Shown in pieces: positions 32,510 to 42,570 of a stretch of 64,000 nt of DNA. Origin of the DNA: Caecitellus pseudoparvulus (lineage: Eukaryota > Protista > Bigyra: Bicosoecida); the NCBI GenBank assembly GCA_965644315.1, contig CBFFRQ010000079.1, positions 1 through 64,000 of the forward strand, written 5' to 3'. Each line of letters opens with the position of its first letter. Positions within the stretch are counted from its first letter, which is position 1. The notes beneath the pieces were generated by a model that saw only the letters and a list, made by a program, of their open reading frames with translations, had not been told where the DNA came from and made no database searches. The position numbers and the translations under genes are program-made.

Positions 32510-35500
32510 TCAAATCAACTCCTTCAAGCTCTCAAACTTGGTGGCTTCCTGTCGCACGCTGTCTGGGATCCTGCGGTGCCCCGTCAGACCCAGCAGCTCA
32601 CGCACGATGTCTGTGTGGCCCCAGCGGCATGCCACTCGGAAGCCAGCCTCAGGGCCAAACCGATCCGCCGCATGCACATCCACTGCCCGCGCCCCAGTCA
32701 GGCCCAGCAGCTCACGCACGATGTCTGTGTGGCCATTGCGACATGCCAGTCGGAAGCCAGCCTCAGGGCCATACTTATCCGCTGCGTGTACATCCACTGC
32801 CCGCGCCCCAGTGAGGCCCAGCAGCTCACGCACGATGTCTGTGTAGCCCCAGCGGCATGCCAGTCGGAAGCCAGCCTCAGGTCCACGACCATCCGCCGCA
32901 TGCACATCCACCTCCCGCGCACCAGTCAGACCCAGCAGCTCACGCACGACATCTGTGCGGCCATGGAGGCATGCCACTCGGAAGCCAGCCTCAGGTCCAT
33001 CCCCATCCGCTGCGTGCACATCCACTGCCCGCGCACCAGTCAGGTCCAGCAGCTCACGCACGATGTCGCTGTGGCCATTGCGGCATGCCCATCGGAAGCC
33101 AGCCTCAGGCCCATCCCCATCCGCTGCATGCACATCCACTGCCCGCGCACCAGTCAGGTCCAGCAGCTCACGCACGATGTCGCTGTGGCCATTGCGGCAT
33201 GCCAATCGGAAGGCGGCCTCAGGTCCATCCTCATCCGCCGCATGCACATCCACTGCCCGCGCCCCAGTGAGGCCCAGCAGCTCACGCACGATGTCTGTGT
33301 AGCCCCAGCGGCATGCCAGTCGGAAGCCAGCCTCAGGTCCACGACCATCCGCCGCATGCACATCCACCTCCCGCGCACCAGTCAGACCCAGCAGCTCACG
33401 CACGACATCTGTGCGGCCATGGAGGCATGCCACTCGGAAGCCAGCCTCAGGTCCATCCCCATCCGCTGCGTGCACATCCACTGCCCGCGCACCAGTCAGG
33501 TCCAGCAGCTCACGCACGATGTCGCTGTGGCCATTGCGGCATGCCCATCGGAAGCCAGCCTCAGGCCCATCCCCATCCGCTGCATGCACATCCACTGCCC
33601 GCGCACCAGTCAGGTCCAGCAGCTCACGCACGATGTCGCTGTGGCCATTGCGGCATGCCAATCGGAAGGCGGCCTCAGGTCCATCCTCATCCGCCGCATG
33701 CACATCCACCTCCCGCGCCCCAGTCAGACCCAGCAGCTCACGCACGATGTCTGTGTGGCCATTGATACATGCCACTCGGAAAGCGGCCTCAGGGCCCTGT
33801 TTTTGAAACCCAGGCAAGACCTCAACACTTCCTTCCGCATGTACACTCACTGCCTTATCCCCCGTCAATGACAGCAACTCGCGCACTCTCGCAAGCTCAC
33901 CCTCCTTGCACGCTTCCACAAACGCTGTAGTGTTCTCCTCGCTGAATGTCTCCAGCTCAGGGACTTGATCGGCAGCAATCTCCGACTCTGTAGCCGGTAC
34001 AGCCTCTGCGTCAGCTGTCTCCGCTTGACCTGCCGCACCACCTGCCTGCTCACCATCAAGCACACTCCGCACCGCACTTTCCACACCTTCCAAATGACCC
34101 ACTCCACCCCCACTTCCTTCACACGCCATCGCATATGCACCCATACAGCAACCACTCCCTCCCCGCCCCAACACCTCCAACGCACTCGTCAGTTCAAGCT
34201 TTACACCTTCACCACTGCTCACGAAGCTCGACACAGCGCTCGAGTCGCCACCCAACGCACCACCGTCCACACCAAGCACCTCACGCAGCACACTCAACAC
34301 ACCACCACCCTCACCACCACCGGTGCTTCCGTCCGAGCGACCTGTGTCACACACACCGCCACATGCACTCAACACCACCTCACACCCACCCCCATCCAGT
34401 GCGCCCACCAGATCACCCACACTGCCACTCCCCACACCCACCACCACAAAGCTCCCCACACCCACACCATCCAGACTCACTCCACACGCCTCCGCCACAG
34501 CACACACACCCAGCACCCTCACAGCCACGCGCTGCTTCACATCCAGCCCGACATCGCCCCACGCTTCATCCTCCACGAACACCCTCAGCGGCCACCCCGC
34601 CTCACACTGCACCTGCACCGTCACCATGCTCCTCTGGCCGAGTGGCTCATCAGGTCGGCCCGCTGTACAACTGTGAGCCAGTGCTGCTCTGCGTGGCGTC
34701 TGCGCCATCCGCGGCAGGCCATGGGCGATGCGAGCCGCTTCGCCACGCTTCACGGCGCCAACACTCGTGGTAAGCGCTGCCGCACCCGCCTCCACAGTCC
34801 CTGCCCACTGCTCCACATCCCCAGCTCCACCCACATCTTCATCCACGATCTCAACCCTCCCACTGTACACACTCACACCCTTGCCATTCAAACACTCCAC
34901 GCCGCTCGGCAAGTCCAACCCACGCACAGCCTTCACCTTCCGACCACTCATCACCGGCGCACACCCCAACAGCCCACGCAGTTCCTCCACCGCACTCGCT
35001 GCACTCTCCAAGTGCTCCGCAGCACTCTCACTCCTCAGATCGCCCGCCGCCTCGCCTCGCAGCCAATCAGCCTGCTGCCGCATGCCAGCCAGAGCCGCAT
35101 CCGCCGCTGCCTCACCACCAGCACCATGTGTGACGGGGCCACCCTGACCAGCTACATCCACATCCCCCCCCTCGAAGCCTTGCCACCATCGCGTCAGATC
35201 AGCCAGCGCACCCTCCACGTTCACACCGCTCCGTACATTGCTCCAAGCACCCACGATGGCGCCCCACAGTGCGTCGCCCTCCGGCACTGCATCCACATCC
35301 ACACCCGACACCGCCTGGTGCAGCACATCCACCGCGCAGAAGCACCGGAACGACAGGTACTGCAGCGCAGCACACACACCACCTCTCTCACGCTGCCCCG
35401 CCAACAGCCCAGCCTGCTCCAACAGCGCACTCCCCGCATCACGCAGTGCAGCCTCCAGCTCCACCAGGCTCATGGTTGATGGGGCGTCGCCTGCAACAGG

Positions 35501-35782
35501 CGCTTCGCCACACCCAATGGCTGCCAGTCCTCTCAGTGCTGGGCCGTGGTCCATGACGCTGCCCGGCAAGCACTTCAACTTGCCCAAGCATGCCGCCACA
35601 ACCTCAGCCTGCTTGCCGTCGATGCCTGCAGTGGGCGCTGCACTGCCCTCCATAGCTTGGCCTGTTGCTGCTGCCTGAGGCGTCGGGGAGGGGCAGGGCG
35701 TTGTGTGCTGGCCAGTGTGTGCGACACGCTCTGTCGCAAGTGCTGGCGAAAGCGAGGCACCATGCCCACACCCACGCACCAT
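32510..35782 (-). CDS. Ankyrin-repeat paralog ANK4 (cap + 11 repeats)
   Basis: 1090-aa ORF; repeats 2-5 are duplicated as 6-9 (456-bp period). Confidence 0.9.
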   Translation of the reverse strand: MVRGCGHGASLSPALATERVAHTGQHTTPCPSPTPQAAATGQAMEGSAAPTAGIDGKQAEVVAACLGKLKCLPGSVMDHGPALRGLAAIGCGEAPVAGDAPSTMSLVELEAALRDAGSALLEQAGLLAGQRERGGVCAALQYLSFRCFCAVDVLHQAVSGVDVDAVPEGDALWGAIVGAWSNVRSGVNVEGALADLTRWWQGFEGGDVDVAGQGGPVTHGAGGEAAADAALAGMRQQADWLRGEAAGDLRSESAAEHLESAASAVEELRGLLGCAPVMSGRKVKAVRGLDLPSGVECLNGKGVSVYSGRVEIVDEDVGGAGDVEQWAGTVEAGAAALTTSVGAVKRGEAARIAHGLPRMAQTPRRAALAHSCTAGRPDEPLGQRSMVTVQVQCEAGWPLRVFVEDEAWGDVGLDVKQRVAVRVLGVCAVAEACGVSLDGVGVGSFVVVGVGSGSVGDLVGALDGGGCEVVLSACGGVCDTGRSDGSTGGGEGGGVLSVLREVLGVDGGALGGDSSAVSSFVSSGEGVKLELTSALEVLGRGGSGCCMGAYAMACEGSGGGVGHLEGVESAVRSVLDGEQAGGAAGQAETADAEAVPATESEIAADQVPELETFSEENTTAFVEACKEGELARVRELLSLTGDKAVSVHAEGSVEVLPGFQKQGPEAAFRVACINGHTDIVRELLGLTGAREVDVHAADEDGPEAAFRLACRNGHSDIVRELLDLTGARAVDVHAADGDGPEAGFRWACRNGHSDIVRELLDLTGARAVDVHAADGDGPEAGFRVACLHGRTDVVRELLGLTGAREVDVHAADGRGPEAGFRLACRWGYTDIVRELLGLTGARAVDVHAADEDGPEAAFRLACRNGHSDIVRELLDLTGARAVDVHAADGDGPEAGFRWACRNGHSDIVRELLDLTGARAVDVHAADGDGPEAGFRVACLHGRTDVVRELLGLTGAREVDVHAADGRGPEAGFRLACRWGYTDIVRELLGLTGARAVDVHAADKYGPEAGFRLACRNGHTDIVRELLGLTGARAVDVHAADRFGPEAGFRVACRWGHTDIVRELLGLTGHRRIPDSVRQEATKFESLKELI

Positions 35783-36395
35783 GGCAATGGATGGCAGGGA
35801 ATCTTGCCAGGTATGGCAGTGCTACGTAGGTGGATCCTGTGGGGTGGATGCGGTGGGCAGGGTGTGTTGGTGTGGCGGGGAGGCGTTGTCGTGGTGGACG
35901 TGTGCGAGGGAGCAACTTCCGCACTTGCACCAGTGCACGCTCACCTGTGTCAGACAGGAGCGGAGACAAGGCACAATGCACGCTGATGTGCAGATGCCCA
36001 ATGACACCACAAGTAAGAGTGGGAAGTGGATGAGGAGCAATTTGGTGCAAGACATGTGAAGGGTGTCCCGCTACGCTCGATGCGGTGCGCATCATCCCAG
36101 CAACAGAGGTGCGGAACTAGCTATCTGGACATCCGCAAGATCCCCGTTCGAGTGCTGACGGGAGCTGCGCCAAGGCGCGGAGTGCGATAGAGGGGGTCGA
36201 CTCGTGTGCTCCGAGCAGCGCTGTCCATACACGGCACTGGGCGGGGCAAAACCGCCCGCTTTGCTGTGCCCGCACTTTTGTGTGTAAGGGTTGCGGCCTT
36301 GTCGTGTCTGGCAGTGTGACCCCGTCACCCTTCCTTGCCCACACGATATTCATTGGCGTGGTGGCGATTGCTCTGTCCCAAGCCACAACAAAGGC

Positions 36396-38125
36396 ATGGC
36401 GCTGTCCAGCGCCTCCATGGGGGCACCCGTCTTCCAGCTGGTGCCCCTCGCAGGTGGTACTCTGGCTGTTTCAGGCGGTGGCAGCTCCAAGACTGGAATT
36501 GAGAATGCTCTGGTGCGCAGGCGGGCATTCGACGGCTGCGGGTGGCGTGCAAATTCCGCAACCGCCGCTGCCGTGCTCCACAGACCATGGTGCACGTGGA
36601 GAACACTGGCGCCAACAAAGTGGAGCTGGCGAAAGGCACTGCGTTCCTCTCGGGCAACACTTTCATCACGCACGTGGCAGTGTCAGAGGACGTGCGTGCC
36701 GGCGCAGCCGACGTGGCAACCACTTTTGCACCTTCCACGGCGACTTTCGCAGGGCAAGCGCGTGGCAGGGGCGGCTGGAGACAGCATCGTTGTGTTCAAC
36801 CGCGACGGCGAGAGTGGCAGGTACGGGAGCTGGCGTGTCACGGGGCGGCACTGCCGCTGCACGCTCGCCTGACTTGCGCCACAGACTGCAGGAAGTGGTG
36901 CGTTTCCCCGCGGACTTTGCCACCTCCGACACGCCCGACGTCAACGCCCTGGCGTGGGGATGGGAGCACACGTGCCTGGTGTCTGGTGGTGCTGACGGCG
37001 TTGTCCGGGTGTGGCACGTGGGGGGGGAGGTGGACGGGCCTGCGGACTGTCCACGGCTGGTTGCAGAGTGCACGGGGCACTCCGCACCCGTCGTGTCCCT
37101 GGCTGTGAATGTCATCGGGGGCCTGGTGGCCTCTGGCAGCATGGATGGCACGTGCCGCATTTGGAGCCTGCCGCAGCTGCGCGGGGCGGTGGAGGGTGAT
37201 GTCTTCTCCTGGACTCTGCCCTGCCAGGCATCGGCACACATCACCAAGCCAGCGCCGCCTCGCCCTGGGCGCAAGCAGCGCCACACAACGCCCGGATCAT
37301 TCAAGTATGTCAGCCTGCACTTTCTGGAAGACACCCTCTTGACACTGGAGACGTCTCAATTCGTGCGTGGCAGGCGGCGCGTTGACGCGTTTCGCAGCGA
37401 AACGCAGCGGCCACGCCCACCTCCTTCTCTCGCAGGGCGGAGCGCTTGCTTCGCTGTGGACACTAACTGAAGCACCGCAGAGTACGTTTCCCAGCACCTT
37501 TGGTCCCCGGGGAGTGGACAACGAAATCACCGTCATGCACAAGCCCGTGCAAGGCGCCAGCCGTGCAGATGCGGATGGTGTGTTGACTCCTCTGCCTGCG
37601 CCGGTCTCGACAGTCGAGGAAACGCAGCCTGCTCTGAGCCGAGTGCTGGGGGAGTGGGCTTGGCATGCTGATGTGAGCAAGGTGGTGACACCCCGTGCCG
37701 CTGCCACAAGCACTGTCACACGTGGTGGTGGCGCCGTCGCTATCGCCTGTGCTGATCGGCGGGTTTACGAGTATGCGCTGCCAGACCTGGCGTATGTGGG
37801 CGCGTACCAGACCACGCACTCCTTCGGCGCGTTGGGCCTGGCGTACACGCCAGACGGCTCACACCTCTTGACAGCCAGCGCTGACCACAGCATCCTCCTC
37901 TGGCCTCGGGTGCGCCGCAGCAACCTGGCGCTGTGGGGCATTGCCCTCCTCCTGGCGCTATTCATCGCAGCGGTGGCCTGGCAGGGGGTGCAGCTGGCAC
38001 ACAGCCAAGAGGGAGCGGGCTTGCCAGGCCCCTTCCACCTCGCGTCAGCCGCTGTGGAGCGCTTGGTGCGAGTGGTGGCGTCTGTGCTGGGCGGCTCGCC
38101 TGTGCAGCCCCTCACACCGGCGTGA
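36396..38125 (+). CDS. SEC12: SEC12/PREB-like WD40 Sar1 GEF (multi-exon)
   Basis: N-terminal GGGSSKTGIEN K-loop motif; WD40 repeats (LVSGGADGVVRVWH, VASGSMDGTCRIWS, LLTASADHSILLW); C-terminal TM segment LALWGIALLLALFIAAVAW; short GT-AG introns. Confidence 0.8.
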
Positions 38126-38238
38126 CGCAGAACAGCAGGCGCCGCAAAATTCACAGACGACACCCACATGCAGTACTGTCCCATGTGGATTCGCTTGTCC
38201 ACCGGGACTGCTGCCACGAGGCGGCCACTGCGCCTGGC

Positions 38239-38844
38239 ATGGCGGCCGGTGCTCCTCATCCGGACGCAAGCCTGGCGTTGCGGGACACGAAGCAAGGCGT
38301 CAAACACCACATGCTGCAGCTCCTGAATGCGGTGCATGAAGCAGACATCAAAGGGGTGGAGGAGCAGTCCTTGACGGACAAGGTGGCGGCGCTGGCCCAA
38401 GCGGTGGCTGAGCACAGCAGCGTGTTGGGTGCCCGGGAAACGCAAGCGAAACTCTCGCTCGCAGCAGCTCTCCGAGAGGCCCGCCAACACAAGGCACGGG
38501 CTGATGACGCCGAGCTTCAAGTTGAATCAATGAAACGCCGTCTGGCCGACCATGTCACTCAGGCACGCGAGGCCCAAGCAGCTGCTGCAGCGGCCTTCGA
38601 GCGCCGGCTGGCCCAGGAGCGTGCAACGGTCGAGGCGTGGCAGGCGTCCCTGCGCGCCGCCACAGAAGCACAGGTGGAAGCCGAGGTGCAGGCACGGGTG
38701 GAGGCCTTGCAGCGCCGCATGCAAGGCGAGTTGGACGCGCGCGTGGCTGTGCTGGAGGGCGAGCACCGTGCTGCCTTGAGGAGGCACATGCGGCACCTGC
38801 ACGCTGGTGCTGGGGCGCACGGGCAGCTGGGTGCCCCCACGTGA
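38239..38844 (+). CDS. Hypothetical coiled-coil protein
   Basis: Ala/Glu/Arg-rich heptad-like ORF with host-like codon usage; start and end uncertain. Confidence 0.5.
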   Translation: MAAGAPHPDASLALRDTKQGVKHHMLQLLNAVHEADIKGVEEQSLTDKVAALAQAVAEHSSVLGARETQAKLSLAAALREARQHKARADDAELQVESMKRRLADHVTQAREAQAAAAAAFERRLAQERATVEAWQASLRAATEAQVEAEVQARVEALQRRMQGELDARVAVLEGEHRAALRRHMRHLHAGAGAHGQLGAPT

Positions 38845-38871
38845 GCCCTCCACCACCCGCGTGCATTCCGT

Positions 38872-40683
38872 TTACCAGTCTCCGGAGGTGGCTGCGGCCT
38901 TCTCTGCGCGTTTGCGCAGCACTTGCTTGACCTTGCCCTCCATCGGCGCCAGCCACGCCTCGAAGTAGTCCATGTACGGCTTCATGGAGGTCTTGTGCCA
39001 CTCCTCGCCGCCACTGGCGCCTGCGGCGGCACTGCCCACCTCTGCGTCAAAGGCAGCCGCCTCCTCCATGAGCTGGGGGATGGTGGGCACGGCGAAGGGG
39101 TTGAAGGCGTCCGCCTTGGCGGGGTTCACCGGCACGCACACCCTGCCCGTCTTAGGGTGCACACAGAAGGGGCTCTTGAGGAGATGGTTCTGCTGCTTGG
39201 ACACGTTGGCGTCCAGGCGTGGGTACAGGAAGTAGAAGACGATGCCAGACACCGTGCGGTCCAGGTCGTTGCGTGTGCGCCAGGAAGCGCTGGACTTCTG
39301 CGCATCTTCCTGCCCCTGCCGCACCAGAGACTTGAGCTGGCGCCAGCGCTGGGCAGGCCCCGAAGCCTTGGCCCAGGCGGCCTCCAGGGACTCCCGCAGC
39401 GTGCCGTGGTCAGGCACGAGCTCCAGAACCTGCGATCTCAACTCGGCGTTCTCCCCGAGGAATCCCTGCCCTTCCTCCGCGCCGATGATGGGAACGAACA
39501 GCGGCTCCAGGATTTCAAAGGCTCGTTCGTGGGAGGGGTGCAAAGGACTCGTCGTGTCGATGCTGCTGAGTTTGTCTGCTACCTTGTCTGACGTGCCGGT
39601 GTTGGCGGTGAGGTAGTTCACCACCGCAGTGCGTGCGTCGTTGCTCAGCGCCCGGGCCGCGTCATCGCACACCCAGCAATGGATACCACGACGCCCGGAG
39701 TAAATCCACACTGCATGCTGGAAGCCAAAGTCCTCTGGCGTGGCGTAGCGGCAGGAGGGTGGTGCGTCGCGGGAGCAAGCGCTGGCAACGCAGCATGGCA
39801 GCAGTGCGCACCTTTCAACGCAATGTCGATGACCTTCAGCGCCGCTGTCATGAACTGCCAGCACTTTGGGCAGATCTTTGCTCCACTGGGCAGACGGCGA
39901 GGCATGCAAATGTGGCATTGTGGCGGGCGGGTGGCGGCTGCGGCGGCACGCACCTGCAGCACGTGCGCACTTCGTCGTAGTCTGTGAGGTCAATGTCAAA
40001 CACCAACTCGCGCTCCACAGTGAAGAAGGCCTCCTTCTTCATCGTCGTGTGCTTCGAAGGCTGCATATGGGGGGACAGACAGGGATATGCCGTGCTCCGT
40101 CGAATGCAGCAGCCCGCGCCGCGTGGGGAGCACGCACAGGGGCGGAGAAGACGGCGCCGATGTCGATTTTGTGCGGCTGTTTTGCTGTGATGTGCGCCTT
40201 CATGTCTGCCTTGTCCTTGAAACTCAAGTACCGCACGAAGACGTCCCCCTCCATGGTGAAGTTCCACTCTCGGCGGGCCATGTAGTCCTTCACTACGTGC
40301 GGGTTCTTGCTGTGGGGGTCTGCACAGCCGGGAGCCGGGCGCTTGGCGTTTCAAACGTGCCTGGGCGCCGCCCGTTGAAACGCCGCCTGCACGCACCCTG
40401 CCCGTACGAAATCCACCGGCACATGTGGTCAAAGGGGAAGAAACGACCTGCGATGGACACTTCAGCTCGGTACATTGCAACTTGCCCGCACCTCCCCCCT
40501 GCCGTGGCAGCACGCACTGTAGTACAGCCTGAGCAGGTGTGGGTTGAAAACTTCGTCGCCAGAGTACGGGGCTGCCTCGGCACCTGTACGCGCGCCCTTG
40601 GAAGAAGGGGCATCCTGGAGCCCCTCCTCTGCTGCGCGCTTGCCTGCCACGCTGGGCGATGCCACATCCTCTGCAGCAGCCAT
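38872..40683 (-). CDS. PRIM1: DNA primase small (catalytic) subunit, multi-exon
   Basis: LRLYY|SRFFPF, RREWNFT, PHKIDIGAVF, ERELVFDIDLTDYDEVRTCC, WIYSGRRGIHCWVCD, YPRLDANVSKQQNHLLKSPFCVHPKTGRVCVP. Confidence 0.96.
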
Positions 40684-41061
40684 GCTCTCTGGCGTGGGTT
40701 TCTGCACCAAAATCCGCAGGCGCCCTGCTTGCTCCACACTGCCTTGAGGGGAGAAACTAGCCACGTTCAAGTCTCCACACGTGAACCTTGGCTGCCTTGC
40801 TGTGGGAAGAGTTCGGAATTGTGCATCGTTGCATGTGGTGCCGTCTCTCGTAGCCGTATTCATGGGTTTGGGGCGCCAGCGCATTGGGCCCAAAGCACGA
40901 AGACGTTGTCGCAAATTCTCCAAACCCCACGCACCAAGACTCCCATTCGGTGCTTGCATTCTCTTGTGAACCCCTTACACGGCGTTGCTTGCCTCAGGCA
41001 CGCGCAATTCCTCGCTGCGCCGAGAAGCGATTTCCGCAGTTGGGACCACAACACCTGCACC

Positions 41062-41708
41062 ATGGCTGCGGAAGAAGGGAGCCCTGAGCAGCTCCGCGAT
41101 CGCGCCAAGGCGCAGGGCGTGTACATGTTCGGCTCCTCTGAGTGAGTGCCGCACTGCTGTCGCACAGGCGCTGAACTGTTGAATAACCAAACACGCCCTC
41201 CCACCTCCGCCACAGCTGCGAAGCGACAGCGACACAGGTCAGCTCGCTGGGCGAGACGGTCATGCAGGGCGTGCAGTTCGTGCAGTGTGATGGCAGCGCA
41301 GAGGACCAGGCCCTGTGCCGCGACCTGAACATTTCCGCCACCCCTACCACACTGGTTGGCATGGAGGTGTACCAAGGCGCGCTGGACCGCACAGACCTGC
41401 ACCACGCCCTCACCGTGCCTGCCCTCGTCGCACAGCACCTGGCTGATGCAGGCGCTGTGCTGTACGGCACGTCCTGGTGCGGCTGGACCACCCGTCAGCG
41501 CGCTATCTTCGGCCCCCATGCGGATACTGTGCCCTATGTGCAGTGTGACGCAGGGCCGGCACAGGAAGCCAAGTGCGACGCAGCAGGCGTGAATGGGTAC
41601 CCTGCCTGGAACATAGGGGGTGCCATGCTGCCAGGGTACATGTCCCTCAGTCGCCTCGCCAAGGTGTCTCGCATGCCGGGCGTGGAGGTGGTGGATGCCG
41701 CCGAGTGA
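41062..41708 (+). CDS. Tandem two-domain thioredoxin/glutaredoxin-fold protein 1 (intron 41142-41215)
   Basis: Two units of MFG/LYG..C..T..Q...G....YVQC....C....(Y)P; resembles the VKOR-associated Trx-like domain. Confidence 0.75.
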
Positions 41709-41929
41709 CGCTGGCGGGCAAGGGGGTGCGGGCCACGCACTGGCCTACAGCAATGCACTAAAGCTTGGGAGGCACAATCGCAGACGATAATTCGCTACAC
41801 TTCAGTGTTCATTATTCAGCGCAGGACCCACGCCCGCTGTGCGCTTGCTCTGCCTGCGGCACCCCGACTGCGTGCAGTGGATGCACAAGTGATTTCCGCA
41901 CTGCCCACACTTACAGCTGCCCCCTCGTC

Positions 41930-42570
41930 ATGGCGGAGCAGATGTCCGACGAACGGTTGCGGGACGAGTTAGAGGCACTTGGAACCTCCATGTTTGGCAC
42001 CAGCACGTGCGTGCCCTGGCGCTAGAGCGAGGGCGCGCCGCTCACCTTGTCGCAGCCAATTTCCGCTGCTCCCCCCTCAGGTGCCCTGCCGTTGCCAGGC
42101 AGAAGCAGGAGCTGGGCGAGACGGTAATGGCCGGCATCCACTACATTCAGTGTGATGGCAGCACTAAGGAGAACGCCCTGTGTGGCGCACAGAACATCCA
42201 GTACACCCCCACCACCCAGGTGTCCAGCCTGCGCGTGGAGGGGGCACAGCCCAAGGCTGCCTTCGCCCACGCAGTGCGCACGGTGCAGGCGGTGGCAGAG
42301 CACTTGAAGAGCTCTGGTGCACGGCTGTACGGCAAGGAGGACTGCCCCCACACCCGCACACAGCGGGTGCTTCTGGGCTTACATGCCGACACGGTGCCGT
42401 TCGTGGACTGTGGCAAGTATGCCGACGAGTGCCGAGCGGCGGGTGTGACGTCAGTGCCCACGTGGAGCATTGGCGGCGCCCTGCTGCCTGCCGGCGTGCA
42501 CCACCTCACGACGCTGGCACAGGTGTCGCGTTTCCCGGGTATGGACGCGCCAGGGGACGGGCAGGTGTGA
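41930..42570 (+). CDS. Tandem two-domain thioredoxin/glutaredoxin-fold protein 2 (intron 42007-42080)
   Basis: Paralog of 41062-41708 with a 74-bp intron at the same position; LYGKEDCPHT, FVDC, VPTW. Confidence 0.75.

Larger units (their letters stand above)
5005..36830. repeat. Tandem segmental duplication array (4 units: UTP20-3' / ANK gene / SEC12-5')
   Basis: The same junction GGTACGGGAGC|CGGCAGCCAGG ends at 15097, 26531 and 31373, versus native GGTACGGGAGC|TGGCGTG at 36830. Unit lengths are ~5611 (excluding Ngaro), 4842 and 5457 bp. Confidence 0.92.

Noticed and set aside
5620-33800. 114-bp repeats with variable spots as a CRISPR array
   Set aside because: They are in-frame coding ankyrin repeats with no unique spacers and no cas genes, in a eukaryotic context.
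5537-35678. Long His/Thr/Pro/Gln-rich plus-strand ORFs (e.g. 22038-23807, 27547-29166, 33965-35479)
   Set aside because: Antisense shadows of the G/T-skewed ANK genes and their repeats.
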